This document shows positions 20,200 through 30,676 of a stretch of DNA of 64,000 nucleotides, one piece after another. Every line of letters starts with the position of its first letter. Position 1 is the stretch's first letter. The stretch comes from Candidatus Moraniibacteriota bacterium (GTDB taxonomy: Bacteria; Patescibacteriota; Minisyncoccia; Moranbacterales; UBA1568): assembly GCA_963743885.1 (NCBI GenBank), contig CAVURJ010000002.1, forward strand, positions 305,706-369,705, read 5' to 3'. The notes under the pieces were generated by a model. It was given only the letters and a program-made list of their open reading frames with translations. It searched no databases and was not told the DNA's origin. A program made the position numbers and the translations under genes.

Positions 20200-21978
20200 A
20201 TGATCAAGACAGAAGACATACGCAAGCGGTATTTGGAATTCTTCAAAGAGAAAGGCCATGTTATCGTGCCTTCGGCACCGCTTGTGCCAGAGAATGATCC
20301 GTCGGTCCTTTTCAATACGGCCGGTATGCAGCCATTGGTGCCATACCTCCTCGGTAAGCCGCATCCGGTGGGCAAGCGCCTTGCGGACGCGCAGAAGTGT
20401 GTCCGGACCGGCGATATCGATGACGTGGGCGATGATACGCATCTCACGTTTTTTGAGATGCTTGGCAACTGGTCGCTCGGGGATTATTTCAAAGAGGAGT
20501 CCATCGCGTGGTCGTGGGAATTCCTGACTGACGCCCGGTGGCTCGCGCTTGATCCGAAGATGATCTCGGTGACGGTCTTTGAAGGTGACGCCAACGCGCC
20601 GCGCGACGAGGAATCGGCGGCAATCTGGAAGTCGCTCGGCATGCCGGAAGAGCGGATCGCGTATCTGCCAGCGGAGGACAACTGGTGGGCAGCTGGACCG
20701 ACCGGACCGTGCGGACCGGATACGGAGATTTTCTACTGGGTCGGCGAGGGGGAGCCAGAGGGTAACAAGGGCACGCACTCGAAGCAGTGGATGGAAATCT
20801 GGAACAACGTCTTCATGCAGTACAACCGCATCGATGCGGTGACGCTCGAGAAACTGCCGCAGCCGTGTGTGGATACTGGCATGGGGCTTGAGCGCGCAAC
20901 AGTGACGCTCAATGGTATGAAGAGCGTCTATGAGACTGATGCATTTGCTGATGTTCTTTCGGCAATCCGCGACATCGTCGGGGCTGACCGGTATGACGAG
21001 CGTTCTGGCCGCATCATCGCGGACCATCTGCGCGCCGCGACGCATATCATCTCTGATGGTGTCGTACCAAAGAACGTCGACCAGGGCTATATCCTCCGTC
21101 GTCTCATCCGTCGCGCGATTCGTGAGTTTTATAAGATGGGCTATGAAGAGCCGGCCGTTGCTACGATCGCGAAGCTTTTCATCGGCAAGTTCAAGGATGT
21201 CTATGCACCGGTCGCAGCGAATGAGGAAAAGATCCTCTCTGAGCTTTCACGAGAGGAAGAGAAGTTTGCCCGGACGCTTGCGCAGGGTATCCGTGAGTTC
21301 GATAAGTTGACGAAGGACCTTTCTGGAAAGATCATCGATGGCCGCGCCGCTTTTACGCTGTTCGATACGTATGGTTTCCCGTTTGAAATGACGAAGGAAC
21401 TGGCATCTGAGCGAGAGCTTTCCGTCGATGAGGCTGGTTTTCGTGAGGCGTTCCAGAAACATCAGGATCTCTCGCGTACGGCAAGCGAGGGCAAGTTCAA
21501 AGGCGGGCTGGCTGACCATAGTGCCAAGGTGACGGCGTTCCATACGTCGACGCACCTTATGCTTGCGGGTCTTCGCAAGGAGTTGGGCGACGGCGTGCAC
21601 CAGGCCGGATCCAATATTACTGAAGAGCGCACCCGGTTCGACTTCACGCATTCGGAGAAGGTGCCGCGCGACGTGCTCGATCGTGTCGAAGTCTTCGTCA
21701 ACACTGTTATCGATGCGAAGGCTGCCGTCACGACCGAAGTGATGGACAAAGAAGCGGCTCGGGCAGCTGGCATTGAAGGTAGCTTCTGGGAGAAGTATCC
21801 TGACAAAGTGACGGTCTACCGCGTGATCGGTCCGGACGGCACGGTGTACTCGCAGGAGCTTTGTGGCGGTCCGCACGTGGCGAATACCGAGGAGATCGGC
21901 GCCTTTGGACGATTCAAGATCGGCAAGGAAGAGGCCTCATCCGCCGGCGTCCGCCGTATCAAAGCAACCCTTGGTTGA
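20200..21978 (+). CDS. alaS: Alanine--tRNA ligase (short form without C-Ala domain)
   Basis: LFNTAGMQP, HLTFFEMLGNWS, GPCGP, DTGMGLER, HTSTH and ELCGGPH editing motifs; ends at GVRRIKA. Confidence 0.97.
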   Translation: MIKTEDIRKRYLEFFKEKGHVIVPSAPLVPENDPSVLFNTAGMQPLVPYLLGKPHPVGKRLADAQKCVRTGDIDDVGDDTHLTFFEMLGNWSLGDYFKEESIAWSWEFLTDARWLALDPKMISVTVFEGDANAPRDEESAAIWKSLGMPEERIAYLPAEDNWWAAGPTGPCGPDTEIFYWVGEGEPEGNKGTHSKQWMEIWNNVFMQYNRIDAVTLEKLPQPCVDTGMGLERATVTLNGMKSVYETDAFADVLSAIRDIVGADRYDERSGRIIADHLRAATHIISDGVVPKNVDQGYILRRLIRRAIREFYKMGYEEPAVATIAKLFIGKFKDVYAPVAANEEKILSELSREEEKFARTLAQGIREFDKLTKDLSGKIIDGRAAFTLFDTYGFPFEMTKELASERELSVDEAGFREAFQKHQDLSRTASEGKFKGGLADHSAKVTAFHTSTHLMLAGLRKELGDGVHQAGSNITEERTRFDFTHSEKVPRDVLDRVEVFVNTVIDAKAAVTTEVMDKEAARAAGIEGSFWEKYPDKVTVYRVIGPDGTVYSQELCGGPHVANTEEIGAFGRFKIGKEEASSAGVRRIKATLG

Positions 21979-22011
21979 AGAAGACGTATGAGGTAGGAGG
22001 CAAGAAGCATG

Positions 22012-22042
22012 AAAAAACGGGACTGATATCAGCCCCGTTTTT
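22012..22042. terminator. Bidirectional terminator between alaS and the PBP gene
   Basis: aaaaaacggg-actgatatcag-ccccgttttt. Confidence 0.7.
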
Positions 22043-22104
22043 CTTTTCTTACCTCTTGCTTCTTATTTCGTATCTCTCGTCTCGTGCCTCTTACCTCATA
22101 TCTC

Positions 22105-24237
22105 TTACCTCTGCTGGTATGCCGAGAGGACTTCGGAGAGCGGGATGGCACCACCTTCGCCATAGCTGTCGCTCGGGATGCCTTCGGATGAGAATGTTCC
22201 GGTATCGATCTTGTCTACGCGGCTCTTCTTGAGTTTCTTCGCTTTGTCCTTGGAGATCTCGCGGCCGGTCTTCTTGTCGATATAGATAGTCTTGCCAGAG
22301 AGGGCTTCGCTGGTCGGCTGGGTGATGCCGGTTTCTACAGCGGTCGCTGTCGGCTGGTATGGTGTGAAGCCAGTTTCTGGGAAACGCTTGAGCGCGGCAT
22401 TCATGTAGGCTCGCCAGATGGGAGCGGCGACGAAGATACCGTCGGATCCGGCGCGCATTGGACGGTTGTCATTGTTGCCGACCCAGACGGCTGTGGCGAT
22501 GGACGGCGTATAGCCGACGGTCCAGGCGTCGCGGAAGTTCTGCGTCGTGCCGGTTTTTCCGGCGACCTGGACGCCAGCTGGGAAGGCGAGCGGACTATTC
22601 GGACCGAAGATTGGCGTGCGGGCCGCGTTGTCGGAGAGGATGGAATTGATCTTCCTCGCGATGTCTTCGTTCAGGACGCGCGCTCCCGTATCGGCTGGCA
22701 GTGGATACTCATTGCCGCGGGTGTCCTTGATTTCGTGGAAAGGGCGGATATCGTGGCGGATGCCTTCCTGGCTGAAGACGGAGAAGGCGTTCGCCATCTC
22801 GATCGGACGGACTTCGGCACCTCCGAGCACGAGTGCGAGGCCGTAGCGCGAAGGATCGGTGAGTGTCGTGATGCCGAGCCGGGTCGCGAGCGCGATGGTG
22901 CGGTCGATGCCAGCCAAGGCGAGCGTCTGTACAGCCGGGACGTTGAGCGACATAGAGAGCGCCTGGCGCATCGTGAGGACGCCGTGGAACTTGCCGTCAT
23001 AGTTGTTTGGGATGTAGCTCTTGCCGGTACCGTCGGGGCCGAAGTTGATCGGTCGGTCGACGATGAGTGTTTCTGGCTGGAAGCCTTTCTCGAAGGCAGC
23101 AGCGTAGGCGAACGGCTTGAAGGAGGAGCCCGGCTGACGGACGCTCGTCGCGATGTTCACCTGGCCGTCAATGGTCTTGTCGAAATAATCCTTCGAGCCG
23201 ACCATGGCAAGCACTTCGCCGGTCTTCGGGTCGAGCGAGACGAGGGCGGCATTTTCTGCTCCATGGACGCGGTTCTTCTCAGCGCCTTCGCGAACGACTC
23301 TTTCGGCTGTCTGCTGGAGATCCCAGTCGAGCGATGAGAGGATGCGCAGCCCAGCGGTCTCGAGGCGTTCTTTGCCGTACATCTCCTTGAGCTGGCTTGC
23401 GGCATAGAGGGTGAAGTGTGGAGCGAGGAGTCGGTCTTCGCGCGGGTAGGTTTTCGCGAGCGTGTCGGCTTCGGCTGCTTCGCGGAGCTCGATCGACGAG
23501 ATGAAGCCGAGCTCATACATCTTGCGGAGGATGTCTTTCTGGCGGGTGAGAAGTGCGTCCCGGTCGCCGCCCTGGGGCGAGAGAATCGATGGAGCGTTAG
23601 GGATTGCGGCGAGGAGTGCGCTCTCATCGAGTGAGAGGTCCTTCGCGTGTTTGTGGAAATATGCCTGTGCGGCTGCTTCGATGCCGTAGGCATTCGAGCC
23701 GTAGGGGACGGCATTGAGGTAGAGGTCGAGGATGGTCTCCTTGTCGAGACTGTTGTCGAGTTTGACCGCGAGGAAGGCTTCGCGGATCTTACGGACGAAA
23801 GTGCGTTCACGCGTGAGGAAGAGGCTGCGGGCCAGCTGCTGCGTGATGGTCGAGCCGCCTTGCTTCACGTCGCCTTGCTCGACGTTTACCGCTACGGCAC
23901 GGAGGATGGCCAGAGGGTCGATGCCGCGGTGTGAGTAGAAGTTGGCGTCTTCGCTTGCGACGGTCGCGAGGCGGATGCTCTCTGGCATGGCGGCGCGCGC
24001 TATGACGGTGCGGTTCTCTTCGCCGTAGATATGATAGAGCTCGTGCTCGCCCGTCCGGTCGTAGATGATGGAGGTCTCATGGAAAGGGTAGTCCGCCGCC
24101 GAGGAGACGTCGGGCGTGCCGAAGAAGTAGATCGCTGTGACGCCGATGCCGATGCCGGACGCGATGAGAATCGAGATCCAGATGATCTCGCGGATGAAGA
24201 ATCGTTTGGTCAGTTTGGGAAAGCGGATGTGCAGCAT
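22105..24237 (-). CDS. Class A penicillin-binding protein (transglycosylase/transpeptidase)
   Basis: EDANFYSHRGID, QGGSTITQQL, RK.RE, GSSFK (SxxK), SLN, KTGT. Confidence 0.95.
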   Translation of the reverse strand: MLHIRFPKLTKRFFIREIIWISILIASGIGIGVTAIYFFGTPDVSSAADYPFHETSIIYDRTGEHELYHIYGEENRTVIARAAMPESIRLATVASEDANFYSHRGIDPLAILRAVAVNVEQGDVKQGGSTITQQLARSLFLTRERTFVRKIREAFLAVKLDNSLDKETILDLYLNAVPYGSNAYGIEAAAQAYFHKHAKDLSLDESALLAAIPNAPSILSPQGGDRDALLTRQKDILRKMYELGFISSIELREAAEADTLAKTYPREDRLLAPHFTLYAASQLKEMYGKERLETAGLRILSSLDWDLQQTAERVVREGAEKNRVHGAENAALVSLDPKTGEVLAMVGSKDYFDKTIDGQVNIATSVRQPGSSFKPFAYAAAFEKGFQPETLIVDRPINFGPDGTGKSYIPNNYDGKFHGVLTMRQALSMSLNVPAVQTLALAGIDRTIALATRLGITTLTDPSRYGLALVLGGAEVRPIEMANAFSVFSQEGIRHDIRPFHEIKDTRGNEYPLPADTGARVLNEDIARKINSILSDNAARTPIFGPNSPLAFPAGVQVAGKTGTTQNFRDAWTVGYTPSIATAVWVGNNDNRPMRAGSDGIFVAAPIWRAYMNAALKRFPETGFTPYQPTATAVETGITQPTSEALSGKTIYIDKKTGREISKDKAKKLKKSRVDKIDTGTFSSEGIPSDSYGEGGAIPLSEVLSAYQQR

Positions 24238-24359
24238 AGGGATGATGGAAAGTGTCTTCTTGGTCTGGGCGCCGTTTTGGTGTACTCTAGGGGAGGAGAT
24301 GCCCTCTGTATTGAGGGTGAATCATACTACTGAACCGCCCTTCTGTAAAGTCTCGATAT

Positions 24360-24863
24360 ATGCGCCTCCCAGTCTGGAAGCCTCTCTATCTTCTCATGAA
24401 AACCTGCGGATTCCCAGCTGTCTGGGAGGTATCCGTGGGTGCAGTCGTCTATCGGCAGGAACCGTCCGGTCGCCGCTATCTCCTGCTCCATTATCCGAGC
24501 GGGCATTTTGACTTTGCCAAGGGACATGTGGAGGAAGGGGAGACGGAAGAGATGACGCTTCGCCGCGAGACGGAAGAAGAGGCGGGTATCCGTGACCTCG
24601 AGGTCTCTCCGAAGCGGGTGAGCATCCGCTATTTCTACGTCGCCAAGGGCACCGAGTATGACAAGCGCGTCCGTTCTGGTAAGGGGACGATGATTTTCAA
24701 GCAGGTGCATTTCTATCCAGCTAGGACTGAGGCGCTCGATGTAGAGATATCGCACGAGCATATCGGTTTCGTCTGGCTGCCATACGAGGAAGCCCTCGCC
24801 AAGGTCACCTTCGACAACGCCAAGCGCGTCCTCGAGGAGACGGAGGCGTTTTTGGTGAAGTAA
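24360..24863 (+). CDS. NUDIX hydrolase (Ap4A hydrolase-like)
   Basis: Nudix box KGHVEEGETEEMTLRRETEEEAG; SHEH..F.W. Confidence 0.9.
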   Translation: MRLPVWKPLYLLMKTCGFPAVWEVSVGAVVYRQEPSGRRYLLLHYPSGHFDFAKGHVEEGETEEMTLRRETEEEAGIRDLEVSPKRVSIRYFYVAKGTEYDKRVRSGKGTMIFKQVHFYPARTEALDVEISHEHIGFVWLPYEEALAKVTFDNAKRVLEETEAFLVK

Positions 24864-24883
24864 CTTACTCTTTTTTGTAGTAT

Positions 24884-25077
24884 AAAATCCCGCCCCCGCA
24901 GCCGCTGTTTTCGGATCATCCGGCAAACTCGCGAGGCTTTTCTGTCAGAGCGAAACATTTCCCTCCCTCTTTACGACCAGGGCCTGCCTGCTGGTAGGCA
25001 GGGAAATGTTTCGGACAGAAAAGCTCTCTCAAACAATGCCGGATGACCGAGAAACACGTCTGCGGGGGCGGGATTTT
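24884..25077. repeat. 194-bp imperfect hairpin (MITE-like) containing a cctgcctgctggtaggcagg palindrome
   Basis: aaaatcccgcccccgcag...ctgcgggggcgggatttt ends with nested complementary blocks. Confidence 0.75.
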
Positions 25078-25246
25078 CAAGTTTTAAAAATGTTACCTGA
25101 AATGACGGCCGTCGGCTCGCGTTACATTTTACTTTTGTGATTTTTTGGGGAAATGAAAACCGCCCGGGATACATTCGCGGTGTTGCGCGAGGTATCCTTG
25201 AGGGCGGTAGTGCGGCCGGTCAGTTGCCGGCGATCGGAGAAGCGGG

Positions 25247-25483
25247 TCAGGTCCACAGGACCTTGATGCCGATGGCCATGACCATGAGCCCGATTGAACA
25301 AAGGTAGGTCGAGGCCATGTTGCTAAGTGAGAGGGCTATGCTCATATCGGATTCTTTATGGAGACTTTTGAATGTTTCTTTGTTGGTGATCTGGTCAACA
25401 AAGATGGCGGCTATGAAGATGATGATTCCTGTCGCCATCAGGCTGTTTGATAGCCATAACAATATCAACATGGTGAGAGACAT
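25247..25483 (-). CDS. Hypothetical small membrane protein
   Basis: 78 aa, two hydrophobic helices; RBS gaagga upstream on minus strand; hairpin plus U-tract at about 25156-25210. Confidence 0.5.
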   Translation of the reverse strand: MSLTMLILLWLSNSLMATGIIIFIAAIFVDQITNKETFKSLHKESDMSIALSLSNMASTYLCSIGLMVMAIGIKVLWT

Positions 25484-25773
25484 GGCAAGATTCCTTCTCG
25501 GTTGAGTTGTTCGTGAACTACATCCAGAATAATTCTGAACCGTTCATTATACACCTTATTTTCTGTTTTGTCAATTGTAATGTACATATTTTGGCTCAAG
25601 AAAGGGGAGTATCAGCTATCATTCATACTGGATCCATAGACACCCTTTACAAAATTCATTTTTCGTATCATAATTGCTTTTCAGTGAGCCGTGTCTGATA
25701 GCGATTCTATCGGTCTGGCAGCACCCTGATCCCGTCTTCCCAGTTACGAGTTACTGATTACAAATTACCGAGC

Positions 25774-27462
25774 ATGTTGACTCTCAAAAACATCCGTAAA
25801 GTCTATGGCATCCGCCGTGTCCTCGAGAAGGTCTCTTTCAGTTTGGGCGAAGGACAGAAGGCGGCGCTCGTCGGCCAGAACGGTATCGGCAAGTCGACCT
25901 TGCTCCGGATCATCTCGGGCATCGAGTCGCCGGACCGCGGCGAAGTTCTCGTGCCCAATCGCGCACTCATCGGCTATCTGCCGCAGGAGGTCCTGGCTGA
26001 CGGCGGCGAGACACTTCGTTCGTACCTACGTCGTATGGCAGGTCTTGGCGAGCTTGAGGATGAGATGAAGGAGCTCGAGCCGCGACTCGAGAAGCCGGAA
26101 GCACTCGCGCGTTATGAGATGCTCGAAGCGGAATACCGCCGTCTGGGCGGCTATGATTTCGAGCGCCGGTCCAAGAACATCCTTTCCGGTCTCTGTCTCT
26201 CGCATATCGCTTTGGATCGTCCCGTGTCTGAACTTTCCGGTGGCGAGAGGCGCAAGACGGCGCTCGCAGGCGTGCTGCTTCGCGGCGTGGACATCTTGCT
26301 GCTTGATGAACCGACCAACAACCTCGATCTGCCGGCGCTCCTCTGGCTCGAGAAATATCTCAGCCGTTCTGCTGCGACCTGTCTTATCGCGTCGCATGAC
26401 CGGCGTTTCCTCGACAATGTCGTCGAGCGGGTCGTCGAGCTTGATTGGTTCAAGCGCGATGCGACGATGTACACCGGCGGCTGGACCGAGTATGCCGGGA
26501 TGAAGGCGCACGCACACCGTCGTCACAAAGAACAGTATCGTATGCAGCAGGAAGAGCGTGATCGGTTGTACGAATCGAAAGAGCAGAAGATGGATTGGGT
26601 GGAGCGCGTGAAGAACAAGAAGGCTCCGGATCATGACAAGTTCACGTCTAACTACAAGAAGGAGCGCGCGACCAAGAAGTTTACCAATTCTGCCAAGGCG
26701 CTCGAGGGACGTGAGAAGCGTCTTGATGACGTGGAGAGGCCGCTCGAACGCGTGCCGCTCGTCATTCCGCTCAAGCCGAAGGCTGAGATCGGTATGGACG
26801 ATATCGCTCTCAAGGGTGTGCATTTTGGATACAAGAACGGATTCCAGGGCGGACCGACCAGCCTCGATATCGCGTACGGCACGAGGATTTCTATCCTGGG
26901 TGACAATGGCGTCGGCAAGTCGACGCTCCTCAAGACCATCGCGGGGGAGATTAAGCCGCTCTCAGGTGAAGTCGCCTTGGGTGGCGGTGTCGTCTTCGGC
27001 TATCTCATGCAGGAGCATGAGAACATCGCTTCCGAGGACAAGATTTCTGAGATCTTCAAGAAGCGTCTCGATATCTATGACCGCGACGAAGTCATGATGC
27101 ATCTCACGCGTTTTCAGTTTCCGCCGGACGTGCTCGATGACAAGGTATCCTATCTCAGCCCGGGCGAGCGTGTGCGGCTCATTCTTTCTTTGCTTTCTGC
27201 ACTTGGGGCCAACGTGCTGGTACTTGATGAGCCGACCAACCATCTCGATCTCGAGACTATCGAAGCGCTCGAAGAATCGCTCGAGCTCTATCCTGGCACG
27301 ATCCTCCTCGTCACGCACGATCGCTACTTCCTCGAGAAGATGCGGATCGATCGCTATCTCATGCTTTCTTCGGATGGTGTTCTCTCGCCGGTCGAGAGCT
27401 ACGAGGCCTACGCGGCTTCTACGTTACCCAAGGCCGACCGCATCCTCAAGCGTCTCGAATAG
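25774..27462 (+). CDS. ABC-F family ribosome-associated ATPase
   Basis: Two ABC domains (GQNGIGKS, LSGGE, LLDEPTN; GDNGVGKS, LSPGE, LDEPTNHLD), no TM segments. Confidence 0.93.
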   Translation: MLTLKNIRKVYGIRRVLEKVSFSLGEGQKAALVGQNGIGKSTLLRIISGIESPDRGEVLVPNRALIGYLPQEVLADGGETLRSYLRRMAGLGELEDEMKELEPRLEKPEALARYEMLEAEYRRLGGYDFERRSKNILSGLCLSHIALDRPVSELSGGERRKTALAGVLLRGVDILLLDEPTNNLDLPALLWLEKYLSRSAATCLIASHDRRFLDNVVERVVELDWFKRDATMYTGGWTEYAGMKAHAHRRHKEQYRMQQEERDRLYESKEQKMDWVERVKNKKAPDHDKFTSNYKKERATKKFTNSAKALEGREKRLDDVERPLERVPLVIPLKPKAEIGMDDIALKGVHFGYKNGFQGGPTSLDIAYGTRISILGDNGVGKSTLLKTIAGEIKPLSGEVALGGGVVFGYLMQEHENIASEDKISEIFKKRLDIYDRDEVMMHLTRFQFPPDVLDDKVSYLSPGERVRLILSLLSALGANVLVLDEPTNHLDLETIEALEESLELYPGTILLVTHDRYFLEKMRIDRYLMLSSDGVLSPVESYEAYAASTLPKADRILKRLE

Positions 27463-27548
27463 TCTTTGAGGAGCCTTTTTTCGGTTTGACAAAAGCCTTT
27501 TCCAGAGGTATTTTTTAGGTATCATCGTTCTTTGGAAGGGGCTATCAC

Positions 27549-27896
27549 ATGAAAACGTGTGACGGATTCATGGAGTGCGGTATCGTGGCGATGCCCGAAG
27601 GGTCGTTTGTTTTGAGACTTTGCGGCATAGGTGCATCGATACCGATTACGGCGCAGTATTTCGGTCCTGTTTCTGTGCGGCCGATGAAGCATAAGGCCTT
27701 CGGTGATCAGGACGATCCATCGCGAAGGGTCGAGATCGAAGGATGGTTTCGCCGTCGCCGTCGCCGGACGTTTTTCGAATGGATACAGCGGCTTCCGCGT
27801 GAACAGTGCGAAGAAATCGGTCCGGAAATATCGGTCAGGATCGAGTGCTACCCGTATCGAGAGAGCGGTCCCAAAGGGACCATACACCCGATATGA
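27549..27896 (+). CDS. Hypothetical protein
   Basis: ttgaca-17-tatttt promoter and gaagggg RBS upstream; no family recognised. Confidence 0.4.
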   Translation: MKTCDGFMECGIVAMPEGSFVLRLCGIGASIPITAQYFGPVSVRPMKHKAFGDQDDPSRRVEIEGWFRRRRRRTFFEWIQRLPREQCEEIGPEISVRIECYPYRESGPKGTIHPI

Positions 27897-28003
27897 GGTC
27901 ATTTCCTCACATACGCAGCCGAGAACGAACTTCTTGGCTGTATTTTTTTGAAAAATCCCTCAGATTTGCCTCTTGTAGCGCTTTCCGATATACTTTTACG
28001 TAT

Positions 28004-29680
28004 ATGAAACAGCACATACGTCTCCGCTGGCAGTTCGGCTGGGTACTTTTTCTCGGCTTGGTCTGCGGCATCATCTCATATCCTCAGGCGGTGAAATTCA
28101 TCCCGCCGCTTTTTTCGGCGCTCGATAGTTGGAAAGTCAACGAAGGTCTCGACCTGCAGGGTGGCATCCATCTCGAATACGCTGCCGATGTTTCGCAGAT
28201 TGCGTCCGACAAGCAACAGGCTGCGCTTTCGGCTGCCGAGGCGGTCATTGAGCGTCGCGTCAACGCGTTCGGCGTGGGCGAACCGCTCGTCCAGCTGTCA
28301 CGTTCAGGATCGGAGCATCGCATCATCGTCGAGCTGCCAGGTATCAAGGATATCGAGCAGGCGAAGAAGATGATCAAGGAGACACCATTCCTTGATTTCC
28401 GTGAGGAGGCAGGTGACGAGGCGAACGCACAGTTCGATGCGATGAACGCGCAGACGAAGGTCGAGGCCGCGAAGGATCTGGCCCGTGCCAAGAGCGGCGC
28501 CGATTTTGCAGCGATGGCCAAGGAGCTGAGTCAGGACCCTGGATCCAAGGACCAGGGCGGCGAGCTCGATTTTTATAAGAAAGACGATTTGGATGCAGCG
28601 TTTTCTGCAACCCTCTTTGATCCGAGCTTTCAGGCCGGTACTATTTGGCCGGAGCTCGTAGAGAGCCAGTTTGGCTGGCATATCATCAAGAAGCTCGAAG
28701 AGCGTGGTGAAGGCGATGCCAAGGAGATCAAGGCGGCTCATATTCTCTTTATCAAGCATTCCGTCGCCATGTACCCTGATCTCGCCTGGAAGGCGACCGG
28801 CCTTTCTGGTAAGAACCTGAAGGACGCATTCGTGGATTTCCAGAGCCAGGGCATGGGGGCACCGCAGATCGCGCTCCGTTTCGATGATGAGGGCACGCAG
28901 TTGTTCGCGGATATCACCAAGCGCAATGTCGGCAAACCAGTTGCTATCTTCCTCGATGAAGAGATTATCAGCCAGCCGACCGTGCAGAACGAGATCGTTG
29001 CCGGCCAAGCCGTCATCACGGGCAACTTCACCATGCAGACGGCCAATGACCTCGTGAAGCGGTTGAACGAAGGTGCACTGCCGGTACCGATCACCCTGGT
29101 CGGCCAGCAGTCCGTCGATGCGTCGCTCGGCGAGGCAGCTCTCAAGCAGAGCTTGTTCGCCGGTCTCGTGGGGCTTGGTGCTGTCGCGGTCTTCATGGTT
29201 TTCTACTATCGCTTGCTCGGTGTGGTCGCGGTCTTCGCGCTTCTCCTCTATACAGCGATGCTCCTCACGCTTTTCAAGCTCTCGGCTTTCACACCGTTTG
29301 GCATTACCGTGACGCTTTCTGGTATTGCGGGCTTCATCCTTTCGATCGGTATCGCGGTCGATGCGAACGTGCTCATCTTTGAGCGCACCCGAGAAGAGCT
29401 CTCCTATGGCAAGGGTGTCATCAAGTCCATCCGTGAAGGTTTCCGCCGCGCCTGGCCGAGCATCCGCGATGGCCACGTCTCGACGCTCATCACGACGCTC
29501 ATCCTGATTGGCTTTGGTACTGGCTTCGTGAAGGGCTTTGCGGTCATCCTGGGGCTCGGCGTGCTCCTCTCTCTCTTCACAGCGGTCGTGCTCGTCCGTA
29601 TCACGACGACCTTCCTCGCCGATGAATGGATGGAGCGCCACGCGAAGCTTCTCGTTTCTCCCAAGAAACCTCTTGAATAA
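28004..29680 (+). CDS. secD: Protein translocase subunit SecD with an inserted parvulin-type PPIase domain
   Basis: GLDLQGG, RRVNAFGVGEP, LNEGALPVP, VDANVLIFER; insert FAAMAKELSQDPGSKDQGGEL...ESQFGWHIIK. Confidence 0.93.
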   Translation: MKQHIRLRWQFGWVLFLGLVCGIISYPQAVKFIPPLFSALDSWKVNEGLDLQGGIHLEYAADVSQIASDKQQAALSAAEAVIERRVNAFGVGEPLVQLSRSGSEHRIIVELPGIKDIEQAKKMIKETPFLDFREEAGDEANAQFDAMNAQTKVEAAKDLARAKSGADFAAMAKELSQDPGSKDQGGELDFYKKDDLDAAFSATLFDPSFQAGTIWPELVESQFGWHIIKKLEERGEGDAKEIKAAHILFIKHSVAMYPDLAWKATGLSGKNLKDAFVDFQSQGMGAPQIALRFDDEGTQLFADITKRNVGKPVAIFLDEEIISQPTVQNEIVAGQAVITGNFTMQTANDLVKRLNEGALPVPITLVGQQSVDASLGEAALKQSLFAGLVGLGAVAVFMVFYYRLLGVVAVFALLLYTAMLLTLFKLSAFTPFGITVTLSGIAGFILSIGIAVDANVLIFERTREELSYGKGVIKSIREGFRRAWPSIRDGHVSTLITTLILIGFGTGFVKGFAVILGLGVLLSLFTAVVLVRITTTFLADEWMERHAKLLVSPKKPLE

Positions 29681-29684
29681 CCCT

Positions 29685-30584
29685 ATGCTGCAGATCATCC
29701 AAAAGAGGAAATACGCGTACATCGCCTCCGGGTTTTTGACCGCGGCGAGCATCGCGCTCATCGCCGTCTGGGGGCTTCATTTCGGCATTGATTTCAAGGG
29801 TGGTACGCTCATGGAAGTGCGCTTCTCGGAAGGCGTGTCTGTGGAGGCTCCGCAGGTGATCGAAAGCCTGGCCGATTTGTCGCTCAATAGTCTGACGGTC
29901 CAGCCGACCGATGGCAATGGCATGCTGCTCCGCTACCTCGCATCCGATGACAATGGCAACGAGCAGGTGCTTGCGAAGCTTAAGGGCTTCGATCCGAAGG
30001 TGACGCAGATTCGCACCGACTTCATCGGCGGTTCCGTGTCGGACCAGATCAAGAAGAATGCTCTCTATGGCATCGCACTCTCGATCATCGGCATCGCGCT
30101 CTATATCGCTTGGGCGTTCCGTCGTGTGTCCGGTATCGTCACGTCGTGGGAATACGGCCTGGGAGCAGTCATTGCGCTCGCACATGATATCGTCATCGTC
30201 ATCGGACTCTTCGTGCTCCTCGGTCGCTACTACGGCATCGAGGTCGGTGTCCCGTTCGTCGCGGCGCTCCTCACTATCCTTGGCTATTCCGTGAACGACA
30301 CCATCGTCGTCTACGATCGCGTCCGCGAGAACCTGCTCCGCTCGCGCAAGGGGGAGGATTTCGAAGTGACGGTCAATCGCTCGCTCAACGAGACACTTGG
30401 TCGTTCCATCAATACGTCCATGACGGTTATCATCACACTCATCGCCATCGTGCTCTTCGGCGGTGAGAGCATCAAGTACTTCGGCGTCGCGCTCCTCGCG
30501 GGCGTGGCTTTTGGTACCTATTCGTCCATCTATATCGCTTCGGCGCTCCTCGTCACGCGGTACCGGATGAAGACCTCGAAGTAA
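29685..30584 (+). CDS. secF: Protein translocase subunit SecF
   Basis: FGIDFKGGT, LAHD, GYSVNDTIVVYDRVRE, RSINTS, GTYSSIYIA. Confidence 0.96.
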   Translation: MLQIIQKRKYAYIASGFLTAASIALIAVWGLHFGIDFKGGTLMEVRFSEGVSVEAPQVIESLADLSLNSLTVQPTDGNGMLLRYLASDDNGNEQVLAKLKGFDPKVTQIRTDFIGGSVSDQIKKNALYGIALSIIGIALYIAWAFRRVSGIVTSWEYGLGAVIALAHDIVIVIGLFVLLGRYYGIEVGVPFVAALLTILGYSVNDTIVVYDRVRENLLRSRKGEDFEVTVNRSLNETLGRSINTSMTVIITLIAIVLFGGESIKYFGVALLAGVAFGTYSSIYIASALLVTRYRMKTSK

Positions 30585-30676
30585 TGTATCGTGTATCCGG
30601 TATCATGTAGCATGTATAGAATGCTTTCCGGATCGATACATAATACGTAATACGATATACATAATACTTTTCTGAT

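Noticed and set aside
6925-28003. Extended ORF-track starts for mraY (6925), pgk (8046), the PfkB gene (14955) and secD (27806)
   Set aside because: Extensions cross intergenic repeats or upstream genes; homology begins at the later ATGs
16234-29761. Long antisense ORFs (16234-17388, 19669-21045, 28304-29761 and similar)
   Set aside because: Shadows of GC-rich housekeeping genes on the opposite strand, with no motifs
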